Shown here: piece by piece, positions 29,080 through 37,745 of the stretch | Layout: each line of letters opens with the position of its first letter | Position numbering within the stretch: position 1 is the stretch's first letter | Source of the DNA: a virus | Lineage: Duplodnaviria; Caudoviricetes | Virus record (IMG/VR): IMGVR_UViG_3300028886_000004 | Location: 32,001 to 96,000 of that record | DNA length: 64,000 nt | Direction: 5' to 3' (one strand) | Position numbers and translations under genes: made by a program | The notes under the pieces: model-generated | The model's input: only the letters and a program-made list of their open reading frames with translations | Database searches by the model: none | What the model was told of the DNA's origin: nothing

Positions 29080-29481
29080 ATGTCAACGCATGATGATTTA
29101 CGGGCGCCAACGCATGATGATTTGATGGCCGCTGCCAACCGCCACCGCTGCCAGCGCTGCGGTAAACCGGGCGCTGTTTGGGCGGCTTGGTATGGCGCCT
29201 CCCTTTGTCCCGATTGCCGCCACGCTTATAGCATTTATCACGGCAAGAATCGGAAATTGGCGGAGGAGCTGGAACCGGGCGTGTGGCGCCAATTCAATCA
29301 GGTCCGCCCCAATAGGGCATCCGAATTCGGCTACTTGGTTGTCCTCCCGGAAACGCGCCAGCCGGTGCTCGCCCAATTCGACGAGGAATCCAAACGCTTT
29401 ATGGTGTTCTGTCCTCAAATAGGGAAGTCTATTCAGGTCCCCGTTACCAAGTGGTTTGCCATACCGGACCCAAATAAATAG
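29080..29481 (+). CDS. Hypothetical protein (CxxC..CxxC; DUF551-like C-terminus)
   Basis: CQRC..CPDC; VTKW; N-terminal THDDL duplication. Confidence 0.65.
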   Translation: MSTHDDLRAPTHDDLMAAANRHRCQRCGKPGAVWAAWYGASLCPDCRHAYSIYHGKNRKLAEELEPGVWRQFNQVRPNRASEFGYLVVLPETRQPVLAQFDEESKRFMVFCPQIGKSIQVPVTKWFAIPDPNK

Positions 29482-29567
29482 GACCCGGTTTATTTACGCA
29501 AAAACGGCGCTTTAAGGCGCCGTTTTGTTTTATCCGTGTAATTGCCTAGGCAGGCGTAAATCGCGCT

Positions 29568-30059
29568 TTAAACGCCGCGTCTACGCGCCCATTCGGCGAT
29601 GAGGATGGCATCCGCATCCCCGTGCTTCTTGATCATTTCCGCGTGCATCGGGAACATGCGCAGGCCGATTTCCTTGCTGGCCTTTTTGAGGTTCGGGGCG
29701 CCTTTGACTCCCGCCGGGAGGAGCACCTTCTGCCAGTGGCCGGAATCGACATATTCGTAGCCGAAGCGCAAGGATTCCAATACGATGAGCGTGGCTTCCA
29801 GGGAACGGGCCGCCGAGATGGATGCTTGGAAGCGCATCACATTGATCATCGGTCTCTCTATCACCACGCGGGTCGTAAGTGGGTTATATTGTTCAAGCAG
29901 TTTTTTCAAGGCAGGCACATCAATGCGGTTGATGTGGCGCACCTTGGACTTTTGGTATCCGAGGGTTTCGAATACCGGGGTTTCAACGAAGATGGAGGTG
30001 TCGCCATCAAGGATTCCGATGGTCCCGGTGACTCCGTTGTCGATGCCGATGTAGGTCAT
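29568..30059 (-). CDS. RuvC-like Holliday junction resolvase
   Basis: YIGIDNG, VVIERP, W.K and DADAILIA motifs. Confidence 0.85.
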   Translation of the reverse strand: MTYIGIDNGVTGTIGILDGDTSIFVETPVFETLGYQKSKVRHINRIDVPALKKLLEQYNPLTTRVVIERPMINVMRFQASISAARSLEATLIVLESLRFGYEYVDSGHWQKVLLPAGVKGAPNLKKASKEIGLRMFPMHAEMIKKHGDADAILIAEWARRRGV

Positions 30060-30071
30060 GTTGTTTGTTCC

Positions 30072-31064
30072 TTATCTAAAGATCCAATCGATTTGCCCGG
30101 GCAGCGCCTTTGCAATTTCGGTCAGCGTGCGAGCCATCCCGACTTTCTTGAGACATTTCCCGTAGTCATCCAAGAAACCGGGAATTTTTGCATTCGCGCG
30201 AATGATGTTCTGCGACGGAATATCCGGCAAATTCATATACTCGATTTGATGAAGGCGTGCCGCTTCCCTTGCGGCTGCCGTCATAGAGATTTCGCGGACA
30301 ACATCCTCGGTCAACTCTTCCGGGGACATTTGCTTCGGGGTTTTTACCGGAGGGACCGGCTTGTCAACCATCTTGATTCCTTTGAAGGCATCCGGCGAGG
30401 CAAACGGAAGGGTAGGCGCCCCGGTTAAAGGCTGCCCTTCCACATCCTCAATTGATTTCTCCGCGTCCTCCTTGGTAATGGCGTGCTCCGTCAATTTAAC
30501 GGGCGGGATTTCCGTGGAGGTGTCAATCACTGGCGGGAGGTTGTCTTCCTCGGCAGCCTTCTTTTCTTCCTCGGTTAGGAGCTCGGGGATATCGGCGGTT
30601 CCTTGGTCAATGTTGTCCGGATCGTTGCCATTGTCATCCATCCAGTCATCGGTGGCAGGCTGGACTTCAACCGGAACGTTGACCTCGTGAACTTCGTTTT
30701 TGGGCTGGACATCAATTTGAACTTGGTGTTCAACCGCCCCGGCGACGGCATCCACGATATCGTTGTGATTGTTTGTGTCGGCTGAGGGCAGGTCCTCAAC
30801 GTGAATGCAGCCGCCAAGATGGAAGCCGCTATCGTCCATAAGCGCCGAAAGGAATTCTTCCGCTTCGTAGTTGGAAAGGGGAGTAACATTCCCATCGTAT
30901 TCGAAGTAAACGAGCTCGTTTCCGCGTTCAATGTACTTGAATTTGCCGATTTGGCGGATTTTTCCTTCGGGTCCGCCCGTATATTTCTTGACGCAGGGCT
31001 GGTTGTAATCAACAGTCCCGCAAATATAGCGTAAACGCTTTGATTGTTGTTTTGTGATAATCAT
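30072..31064 (-). CDS. Acidic hypothetical protein
   Basis: ATG at 31064 downstream of a CGTATATTT box. Confidence 0.65.
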   Translation of the reverse strand: MIITKQQSKRLRYICGTVDYNQPCVKKYTGGPEGKIRQIGKFKYIERGNELVYFEYDGNVTPLSNYEAEEFLSALMDDSGFHLGGCIHVEDLPSADTNNHNDIVDAVAGAVEHQVQIDVQPKNEVHEVNVPVEVQPATDDWMDDNGNDPDNIDQGTADIPELLTEEEKKAAEEDNLPPVIDTSTEIPPVKLTEHAITKEDAEKSIEDVEGQPLTGAPTLPFASPDAFKGIKMVDKPVPPVKTPKQMSPEELTEDVVREISMTAAAREAARLHQIEYMNLPDIPSQNIIRANAKIPGFLDDYGKCLKKVGMARTLTEIAKALPGQIDWIFR

Positions 31065-31087
31065 AGCATAAATATACGAGGTCAACG

Positions 31088-31357
31088 ATGGCAAAGGACA
31101 AAAAGGAATATAACCGCGAATACTATGCTGCTCATCCCGAGATTTGGCAAAAGAACTATGCGGAGAATGCCGATGCCCGGCGCGAGCGAGCCCGCACATA
31201 CGCCAATGAGCGGTGGGAGAATGACCCCGAATACCGGGCTGCCCACGCCAAAAGCACCATTGAACGCACTAGGCTGAACCGCCGGGTGCGGTCCTTGGCG
31301 ACCGTTGCCGAAAAAATCTGCAATGTTTTTCAAAAAATTTCCGAAAAATTCGAATAA
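31088..31357 (+). CDS. Hypothetical protein
   Basis: KEYNREYY repeat-type N-terminus; GAGG RBS. Confidence 0.6.
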   Translation: MAKDKKEYNREYYAAHPEIWQKNYAENADARRERARTYANERWENDPEYRAAHAKSTIERTRLNRRVRSLATVAEKICNVFQKISEKFE

Positions 31358-31360
31358 TCC

Positions 31361-31440
31361 TAGTGTCTTTTTCAAACGACGATACTATATTTAAGGTATA
31401 CCGGCGCAGGTAGCGCCGAAACCCAAGGAAAGAAAATATG
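31361..31440 (+). promoter_or_regulatory. Promoter-hairpin-RBS cassette, copy 3
   Basis: Same architecture as copy 1. Confidence 0.85.
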
Positions 31441-32121
31441 GTAACGGACTTACACCCAACTTCCGATCTTTATCGGGAAGATTATGAGAAATACAATGCC
31501 GCATTGGCGGCCGTCACCCCGGAAGTTTGGGCTCGCTGGGAAGCAAACAAGGAAGCATACTACAAGAAGTGCCAAAAGGTCATTGACTACGCCGTTTATT
31601 ATTATGGCTCGCGCTCTCCGATGGGCGCCGATGAAATTCGCGCACGCGCCAATTTGATTTTCTGCATTGCCTGCCTCCGCTGGGATCCGGAAGGCGATGC
31701 AGCGCTCCCCACCTACGTTGCCAAGCAGTTGATGCGTTTGAGCGGAACCGATATCCGCGTTGAATCCAAGCACAAAAATAATTTCTCCCAAGGCGCCTCC
31801 GCCGATGGCGAAGGCAAGGTTGATATCCTTACGCTTATCGGCAGGCCGGACGACCGCGACACTCTCCGCGAATATGTTGAAAAGGCTGGCAAAGATGCGG
31901 TCGCCCTCTATGACGCCTGCATCAGCGGCTGGTATGACCGCAAGTCCAACACCGGCGCCCGCCGCCCGATCACCCCGCGTGGTCTTTTCCTCGCCCGCGC
32001 ATTGCCGTGGACCTGCAAGGAAAGATATGCGAGCGCCCTGGAAGCAATCAAGGCAGCCGCAAACGCTTGGCGCACCGGTTCCGATTTCAAGGGTTATGCA
32101 ATTTTGAACAAGGCGGTGTAA
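31438..32121 (+). CDS. Sigma70 region-2-like protein
   Basis: DEIRARANLIFCIACLRWDPEGDAALPTYV resembles sigma regions 2.2-2.3. Confidence 0.5.
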   Translation: MVTDLHPTSDLYREDYEKYNAALAAVTPEVWARWEANKEAYYKKCQKVIDYAVYYYGSRSPMGADEIRARANLIFCIACLRWDPEGDAALPTYVAKQLMRLSGTDIRVESKHKNNFSQGASADGEGKVDILTLIGRPDDRDTLREYVEKAGKDAVALYDACISGWYDRKSNTGARRPITPRGLFLARALPWTCKERYASALEAIKAAANAWRTGSDFKGYAILNKAV

Positions 32122-32123
32122 AT

Positions 32124-32276
32124 ATGGTTCATGTCCGTTTCAAATACCGCGATGAATTTTGCCGCGATGGCAAGTTCCGGGAGCAGGAATGTCACGTCCG
32201 CTCCGTAGATGAATGTAAGAAAATTTATGGGCTCGATCAGTGCGAGCACGAAATCCTTGAAGTAAAAGAGGTATAA
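32124..32276 (+). CDS. Small hypothetical protein
   Basis: FKYRD..REQEC..EC.KIYGL pattern. Confidence 0.6.
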   Translation: MVHVRFKYRDEFCRDGKFREQECHVRSVDECKKIYGLDQCEHEILEVKEV

Positions 32277-32278
32277 CT

Positions 32279-33595
32279 ATGAATTCAACAATTGAAGTGT
32301 TCGCGCAGGTCCGTCAGGCTGCCACCCTTTCCGAGAAGATCTCCCTTCTCAAAAACCACCGCAGTGAATTAGTGGATTTGATTGCCGCCGATGCGATGGA
32401 CAAATCGATCACCTATGGCATCACGTCCAAGGGAATTGAAATTCAGAAACAGCGTGAAGATCATTGGTTTGGCAGCTGGTACGATGGCTTCCACCGAATA
32501 CTTGAACGCCTTGCTTCTCGCGAACTTACCGGAAACGCGGCGATTGAACACATTAAGGGTTATTTGGGATATTGGGATGAAGAAATGCAGCGCTTCCTTC
32601 TTCAGGTCCTTGACCGCGATTTGAGCCTCGGCATCGGCTGGGACACTTACCGCTCCGAAGTGCTTGGACTGGATGACCAGTTTGAAGTTGCGCTTGCGCA
32701 GCACCTTGAAAAGGTCAAAGGCGTGAATCCGGTGGATGGCACTTACTTTGCCTCCCGCAAGTGCGATGGCGTCCGCTGCGTTGCCATCGTCAGCGATGGG
32801 GGCGTTGAATTCCGCTCCCGCCAAAACAAGGTATTTGTGACGCTGGATAAGCTCAAGCCTGCCGTCGCCACCTTCTGCCTCGGTCTCTCCGGCCAGTGGG
32901 TTCTTGATGGCGAACTTTGCAAGATTGACAAGAACGGCGACGAAGACTTCCAGTCCGTGATGAAGGAAATCCGTAAGAAGGACTACGCGATTACTTCGTG
33001 CTGCTATCAGGTTTTTGATGTGCTCACCTACGATGAATTCCGCCTTGGCAAAACCCGCAAGACATTCTCCCAGCGCCTTGACCTGCTTTACAAGCTCAAT
33101 GCCGCCTACGAAGAACAGCCCCACGGCGATTGCTGGGTGAAGCCGCTCAAGCAGGAACGTTTGACCTGTCAGGCGGACTTTGACCGCTGGGCTGGCTATG
33201 TGGAAGCAGGCAATTGGGAAGGCTTTATGCTGCGCAAGGACGTGCCCTATCAGTCCGGCCGCACCAAGGACCTTTTGAAGGTTAAGAAGTTCTTCGATGC
33301 CGAATACACTGTTGAAGGCGTCGAGGTCGGCGAAATGTCTACCGCAATGCCGGGTCAGGGCATCGTGAAGTATCAGGGCGTCACCCGCCTTGTGATTGAC
33401 CATAAGGGGAACAAGGTCGGCGTTGGCTCCGGTATGAGCCGCGAACAGCGTATCGCGTGGATGGAAGATCCTTCGCAGATCGTTGGCAAGACCATCACGG
33501 TGAAGTACTTTGAAGAAACAAAGTCTCAGGACGGCAAGTTCAGCCTCCGCTTCCCCACCTTGAAGTACGTTTACGAAAACGGGAGGACCTGCTAA
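32279..33595 (+). CDS. lig: ATP-dependent DNA ligase
   Basis: KCDGVR, LDGEL, VFD, EGFMLR, LLKVK and LRFP motifs. Confidence 0.95.
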   Translation: MNSTIEVFAQVRQAATLSEKISLLKNHRSELVDLIAADAMDKSITYGITSKGIEIQKQREDHWFGSWYDGFHRILERLASRELTGNAAIEHIKGYLGYWDEEMQRFLLQVLDRDLSLGIGWDTYRSEVLGLDDQFEVALAQHLEKVKGVNPVDGTYFASRKCDGVRCVAIVSDGGVEFRSRQNKVFVTLDKLKPAVATFCLGLSGQWVLDGELCKIDKNGDEDFQSVMKEIRKKDYAITSCCYQVFDVLTYDEFRLGKTRKTFSQRLDLLYKLNAAYEEQPHGDCWVKPLKQERLTCQADFDRWAGYVEAGNWEGFMLRKDVPYQSGRTKDLLKVKKFFDAEYTVEGVEVGEMSTAMPGQGIVKYQGVTRLVIDHKGNKVGVGSGMSREQRIAWMEDPSQIVGKTITVKYFEETKSQDGKFSLRFPTLKYVYENGRTC

Positions 33596-34023
33596 TGCGT
33601 AGCACTGCAATTGAAGAAATGAAGGAGCTCACCGCCGAAATTCTCAACAAGCGTGGGTATACCATTGAAAACGGAACTCTCCGCGAAGCAGGTCTCGGCG
33701 ATGCCAACGGCCTTGCTGAGGTGTCCGCGATCGTTGATATGGCTGGCGGAGGCACCTGCACCGTTGGCGACCTCACGGCAGGGCAGTTCCTTGACAAGGA
33801 CATTCGCGGAACCCGTTATGGCTGCGAAGCGATGTTGTGGCTTATGGCGGTCGTGGGCGTCAATCATAGCTCCAAAATCGGCGGCCAGTATGTCCGCGTT
33901 GCCTTTGATAAGGACGGCCACGCCACTTGCATCGGGCATATCGTTAAGAACATTTGGCTGAATTTCAAGATGCTCGCCGCTGGCATTCGTTCGGAAGACG
34001 ATGTAAAAGAGAGGCCCGTATGA
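33595..34023 (+). CDS. Hypothetical protein
   Basis: TAATG coupling. Confidence 0.65.
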   Translation: MRSTAIEEMKELTAEILNKRGYTIENGTLREAGLGDANGLAEVSAIVDMAGGGTCTVGDLTAGQFLDKDIRGTRYGCEAMLWLMAVVGVNHSSKIGGQYVRVAFDKDGHATCIGHIVKNIWLNFKMLAAGIRSEDDVKERPV

Positions 34024-34277
34024 GTAGCGCCGTAGTGCAAGCCCTTAACGGGGTTTTGAAATTGGAGGCCGAGCGGGCTACCCGCCGTGAAAAGGCGCGT
34101 GTCCTTATCGAGAACAATGATATTGATGGCATTGCCGCCCTGGTCCTTGCCAGCGAGCAGCGTGACGCCGCAAAAAAAGGCGAAAGCCGTGCTCTTCGGT
34201 ATGCCCTTAAATTGAAGCGATTTATCGCCACGAAGAACCTTACTTCCGAAATGGTCACGTTTATGGAGGGCAAATGA
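34020..34277 (+). CDS. Hypothetical protein
   Basis: ATGA coupling. Confidence 0.6.
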   Translation: MSSAVVQALNGVLKLEAERATRREKARVLIENNDIDGIAALVLASEQRDAAKKGESRALRYALKLKRFIATKNLTSEMVTFMEGK

Positions 34278-34450
34278 CCGCTATCAATCTTTGCACCGCA
34301 CTCGTAGGTATGCTCGGTGCCGATTTCAACGGCATCATTGAACACGAAACCAATAAGGCAAAGTATCGCGCCGCCGATCGCCAAGCATCCTACCGCGAAA
34401 AAGAGCGCCAGCGCCGGGAAGAATACAACCGCACCCATTTTGGCGGTTAA
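34274..34450 (+). CDS. Small hypothetical protein (58 aa)
   Basis: Read manually; GGAGG RBS; ATGA coupling. Confidence 0.55.
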   Translation: MTAINLCTALVGMLGADFNGIIEHETNKAKYRAADRQASYREKERQRREEYNRTHFGG

Positions 34451-34461
34451 AGGAGGCGCCT

Positions 34462-34725
34462 ATGGCAGGCTATGATCCAAGCGACTCCGAAGAACGGCGG
34501 GTAATGAAGGCCCGCTATTTTCAGAAGTCAATGATTTCTAAAGGGCAGCCGGAAGCGGATGCTCTCCGCATAGCAAGCAACTACTACCACGTCCCGGAGG
34601 AATCCGTAAAGAACTTCTCTTTCCCGGAATCTCCGGATCCGCTGGATGATGATGTTTGGTTTATGCTCGGCGGCCACACCCCAATAGCCGCAAGTGAAAT
34701 GCTCAACGAAGGAGATTTTTTCTAA
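34462..34725 (+). CDS. Hypothetical protein
   Basis: AGGAGG RBS. Confidence 0.65.
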   Translation: MAGYDPSDSEERRVMKARYFQKSMISKGQPEADALRIASNYYHVPEESVKNFSFPESPDPLDDDVWFMLGGHTPIAASEMLNEGDFF

Positions 34726-35114
34726 TGGAAGTTAAAGGCACTCTTCTCAAGATGGATTTTCAATCCAACCGCAACCATCGTCACTATGCGCTCCCCGAAA
34801 AGGCAGTGGCGGAATTTAATTCGCGCCCGCCGGAAAAGCGCGTGGCAACCCTTCGCTGGCCTAAGATGGACCAAAAGAAGGAAGAACTCCAGTGCGGCAC
34901 CATTGATGTTCTTCAGGATACCTGCGGACATGTTGTGGCGAGCGTGGCACTTGACCCCAGCCTGCCGGGCGGCAAGGAATTGAAGGCGCTTGTTGAAGGC
35001 GGCAAGACCCTTGTATGCGGCTTGGGCGGCTACGGGCATTGTGAAGGCGAGGCCGCCGTGATGGATTCGATTGAATATGTTGCCATCAGCGAGCCTCAAG
35101 AGGTTCCCCGCTAG
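34725..35114 (+). CDS. Prohead-protease (gp21)-like paralog apparently lacking catalytic residues
   Basis: NRNHRHY and LPGGKELKALVEGG align with 53823; GH and SSR motifs absent. Confidence 0.6.
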   Translation: MEVKGTLLKMDFQSNRNHRHYALPEKAVAEFNSRPPEKRVATLRWPKMDQKKEELQCGTIDVLQDTCGHVVASVALDPSLPGGKELKALVEGGKTLVCGLGGYGHCEGEAAVMDSIEYVAISEPQEVPR

Positions 35115-35128
35115 CGTATATAGAAGAA

Positions 35129-35464
35129 AGTCACGCATAACTCAATTCGGATGGACACCTACCATTTCAGCCCATCAGGTGGATGCATACACTTGGAGGC
35201 CTACTGGTGGCAAAGACCAAGAAGATAACAGGTGGTTCGGGTAGCTCCCGGGTTACTGAGAGTGCCGGTGTGGATCCGGTGGTTGTGGTGAAAGTCCACT
35301 GCGTGCAAACCTTTATGCAGGGCTGCCCACCTGTGCTTCAAAGAATGGGCTTCCAACGTGCCGGGGTTATTTACCGTAGCGTTGGCGTTCCGCCTACGAA
35401 ATAAGGGCGGGCGGCATCGGTCAGTGCCGCGGGATAAAACCCGGAGGAGTGAAGAACCGTGACT
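35129..35464 (+). ncRNA. Candidate ~335-nt structured ncRNA
   Basis: Own CGTATATA box and terminator; AGTCACG/CGTGACT, AGCCCAT/ATGGGCT, ACAGGTGG/CCACCTGT helices; GTGGTGAAAGTCCAC T-loop-type hairpin. Confidence 0.65.
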
Positions 35465-35466
35465 AG

Positions 35467-35501
35467 TCCGGCGGACCTTCGGGAAGCGCCGGATTTTTTT
35501 T
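35467..35501 (+). terminator. Rho-independent terminator
   Basis: TCCGGCG..CGCCGGA followed by T8. Confidence 0.8.
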
Positions 35502-35564
35502 GCACAAATCTCGTGCCGTATCTCCAGCCCGTATCTATATTATCAATCGTAAAGGAAATTCAAC

Positions 35565-35648
35565 ATGAAAAAGAACTTCGCAAATAATTTCTACTATGAA
35601 GCCGAGGCCAATGCCGAAGCCTATTTTGCGTGTTCTGTGCGGTGTTGA
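35565..35648 (+). CDS. 27-aa leader peptide MKKNFANNFYYEAEANAEAYFACSVRC
   Basis: TATATT box and AAAGGA RBS upstream; rich in N/A/Y/E codons; ends inside the antiterminator arm. Confidence 0.8.
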   Translation: MKKNFANNFYYEAEANAEAYFACSVRC

Positions 35649-35708
35649 TTTCCAAGTGCATTTAACGGTTAATGGAGACGGCACCGGAAACGGTGCCGTT
35701 TTTATTTT
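35640..35708 (+). promoter_or_regulatory. Attenuator: antiterminator (35640-35654 with 35673-35686) versus terminator (35678-35708)
   Basis: CGGTGTTG-A-TT-TCCA pairs with TGGA-GA-CGGCACCG; the alternative is ACGGCACCG-GAAA-CGGTGCCGT plus TTTTATTTT. Confidence 0.8.
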
Positions 35709-35718
35709 CCGCAAATTT

Positions 35719-35791
35719 GGTTCCGTCGTCTAGTGGCCTAGGACATGCGGTTTTCATCCGCACAACTGGGGTTCGAATCCCCCCGGAACTA
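35719..35791 (+). tRNA. tRNA-Glu(TTC)
   Basis: Cloverleaf; TGCGG-TTTTCAT-CCGCA anticodon arm; GGTTCGAATCC. Confidence 0.92.
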
Positions 35792-35796
35792 CTAAT

Positions 35797-35869
35797 GGGA
35801 CGTTAGCTCAGTTGGTAGAGCACCTGCCTTGCAAGCAGGGGGTCATCGGTTCAAGTCCGATACGCTCCA
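35797..35869 (+). tRNA. tRNA-Ala(TGC)
   Basis: Cloverleaf; CCTGC-CTTGCAA-GCAGG; G3:U70. Confidence 0.93.
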
Positions 35870-35877
35870 CGAAACAT

Positions 35878-35951
35878 TGGATTGTAGCTCAATTTGGTAG
35901 AGCGTCCCGCTGTTAACGGGATGGTTGTAGGTTCGAGTCCTACCTTTCCAG
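35878..35951 (+). tRNA. tRNA-Asn(GTT)
   Basis: Cloverleaf; TCCCG-CTGTTAA-CGGGA; two U-U mismatches in the acceptor stem. Confidence 0.9.
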
Positions 35952-35958
35952 CGAATTT

Positions 35959-36042
35959 GGATAGGTATGCAAGATGGTCAAAGCAGGCTGACTGTAAATC
36001 AGCTCCCTTCGGGGTTCGTCGGTTCAAATCCCACCCTATCCA
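35959..36042 (+). tRNA. tRNA-Tyr(GTA)
   Basis: Cloverleaf with variable arm; GCTGA-CTGTAAA-TCAGC. Confidence 0.92.
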
Positions 36043-36137
36043 CTAAGATTGCTGTGCGTTTTAGGCGCGTATAAGCCCGGAAAATAGAAAAGGCGCCCAA
36101 ATACTCGGGGCGCCTTTAAAATCGCCTTAAAAGCGCG

Positions 36138-36662
36138 TTATACGTGAATTACGAGCTCCAGCCTGATCAGCGCCTCATCATCCACAGCCTTGGCATTTGG
36201 GTTGCGCAAAACTGATATTTCTCTTACGAAATATGACAAGTCCATCCCGCCGTAGTTGACATACAATTTGGCATACTGCTCGATATCCCCGGGGCAATAT
36301 TTTTCGATCTTGCTGTTCTTGGGGCGGAACTGCCCTTTGCCAGCTTCCGCGATGTCGGGAGGCAGGCGCTTGAGCGTGTAGGCAATGTTGGAGAAATTCA
36401 CCTCCTGCACATCCCCGTGATCGAACATGTCGGCTTGCGGATCCGTGTAGGCGATACGCGCTTGGAAGTCCGGCTCGTCCGGATAGCGGTATTCGTGGTC
36501 CTTGTTATTGTAGATGGAACCAGTCCTTGTCTTCGGGTCATAGCCGCCTTCGCGCGGGAGGTAGACATCCGTAACGAAGCCCTGGATTTGAACCAAGTGC
36601 TTGAGGGCGATGTATTCCCTGAAATCGGCGTGGCGCGTAATGACATTGTAACTGTGCGGCAT
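36138..36662 (-). CDS. Hypothetical protein (possible head-completion protein)
   Basis: Own GTATATTTG box on the minus strand. Confidence 0.6.
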   Translation of the reverse strand: MPHSYNVITRHADFREYIALKHLVQIQGFVTDVYLPREGGYDPKTRTGSIYNNKDHEYRYPDEPDFQARIAYTDPQADMFDHGDVQEVNFSNIAYTLKRLPPDIAEAGKGQFRPKNSKIEKYCPGDIEQYAKLYVNYGGMDLSYFVREISVLRNPNAKAVDDEALIRLELVIHV

Positions 36663-36770
36663 ACCACAAATATACTTTCAATCGGCGGGGACACGCACGC
36701 AAAAGGGCGCCGCTATGAACGGCGCCCTAAGACATTATGAAAGAAAACGAACCTATGCACTAAATATACG

Positions 36771-37460
36771 TTATCCCTTCCGCATTTCACTGTTGAAGGC
36801 ATCAAGGAGTCTGCGGTCCCACGGATCCTCCGGGTCCAGCTTGTAGGCGAGTTCCTTTGCCGGACAATAAAGCAGGAGCGGATCTTGCATCAATTTTGGA
36901 TTGTTGTAATAGTCCTCCTTGGCGACCTTGAAAGGCGTGTGGACCGGAATCGGCTTTTCGGGCGGGGGATTCAATTCGTCCCACGCAAAGAAGGTTACCG
37001 GCGGCCGTATGGCTGGCATATCCTCGTCGCGCCAAGCAAAGATGATTTCGCAGTTCTTTACCTCCTGCGCCTCTTTGAGCGCCTTGACGGCGGCCGCGTA
37101 GGAATTGAAAATCATATCGGCGCCATAAATGACGACCACGGCGCCTTCTTCCGGAACCGCCCTAAACCAAGCCACCGGGCTGAACTGGCGGGGTTGAACC
37201 GGCGGGGTGCAGGCAACGAGCTTTCCATTCACCGACTTTAAAAATGAGGATAGGTCCGGATTGAGCATCGTAATGCGGCGGACCAAGGGCGCCTCCGAAA
37301 TGTCCATCGCAAGCAGGTAAACTTTCCTCCCCGCCGTGGCTTCCGAAGTCGCCTTGTGAATCATGCAGTCAAGCAGGCTGCGTTCCTTGGGAAGTTCTTC
37401 GGGTTTGCGGAGTCTCCCGTTTTCGAGCGGGAGTGTGTAAAGCGAGTATTTTGCCCACAT
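36771..37460 (-). CDS. Hypothetical protein
   Basis: AAGGAG RBS. Confidence 0.65.
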   Translation of the reverse strand: MWAKYSLYTLPLENGRLRKPEELPKERSLLDCMIHKATSEATAGRKVYLLAMDISEAPLVRRITMLNPDLSSFLKSVNGKLVACTPPVQPRQFSPVAWFRAVPEEGAVVVIYGADMIFNSYAAAVKALKEAQEVKNCEIIFAWRDEDMPAIRPPVTFFAWDELNPPPEKPIPVHTPFKVAKEDYYNNPKLMQDPLLLYCPAKELAYKLDPEDPWDRRLLDAFNSEMRKG

Positions 37461-37472
37461 AGTTAAGCTCCT

Positions 37473-37745
37473 TTATAAAATGCGGTTTAGTTTTTTTAGG
37501 CGGGCGCACATCCGGTCATACGATACGGAATAGATGGTCTTTGTATGGTCCTGATAAACCCATACATCATAGGTTATATCATAGGTCACGCCTCCATCCC
37601 ACCGGCGGTTGATTTCTACGAATACGGCAGGCCGCCCGTCTTTATAACAGATCACCCCGCTGAAAGTGCTTTTGCTGTTGGGAAAGAAAGCACGGCAGGT
37701 GATAAGCGTTTGCTGCTGTAGCAGTACGTTATCCAACTGATTCAT
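37473..37745 (-). CDS. Hypothetical protein
   Basis: AAGGAG RBS. Confidence 0.6.
   Translation of the reverse strand: MNQLDNVLLQQQTLITCRAFFPNSKSTFSGVICYKDGRPAVFVEINRRWDGGVTYDITYDVWVYQDHTKTIYSVSYDRMCARLKKLNRIL

Noticed and set aside
29084-29123. 16-nt direct repeat CAACGCATGATGATTT
   Set aside because: Two copies, in-frame local duplication (THDDL); not a CRISPR or regulatory array
35513-35526. GTGCCGTATCTCCA, complementary to the attenuator terminator 5' arm
   Set aside because: Lies upstream of the TATATT box, so probably outside the leader transcript; would matter only for read-through from the upstream ncRNA
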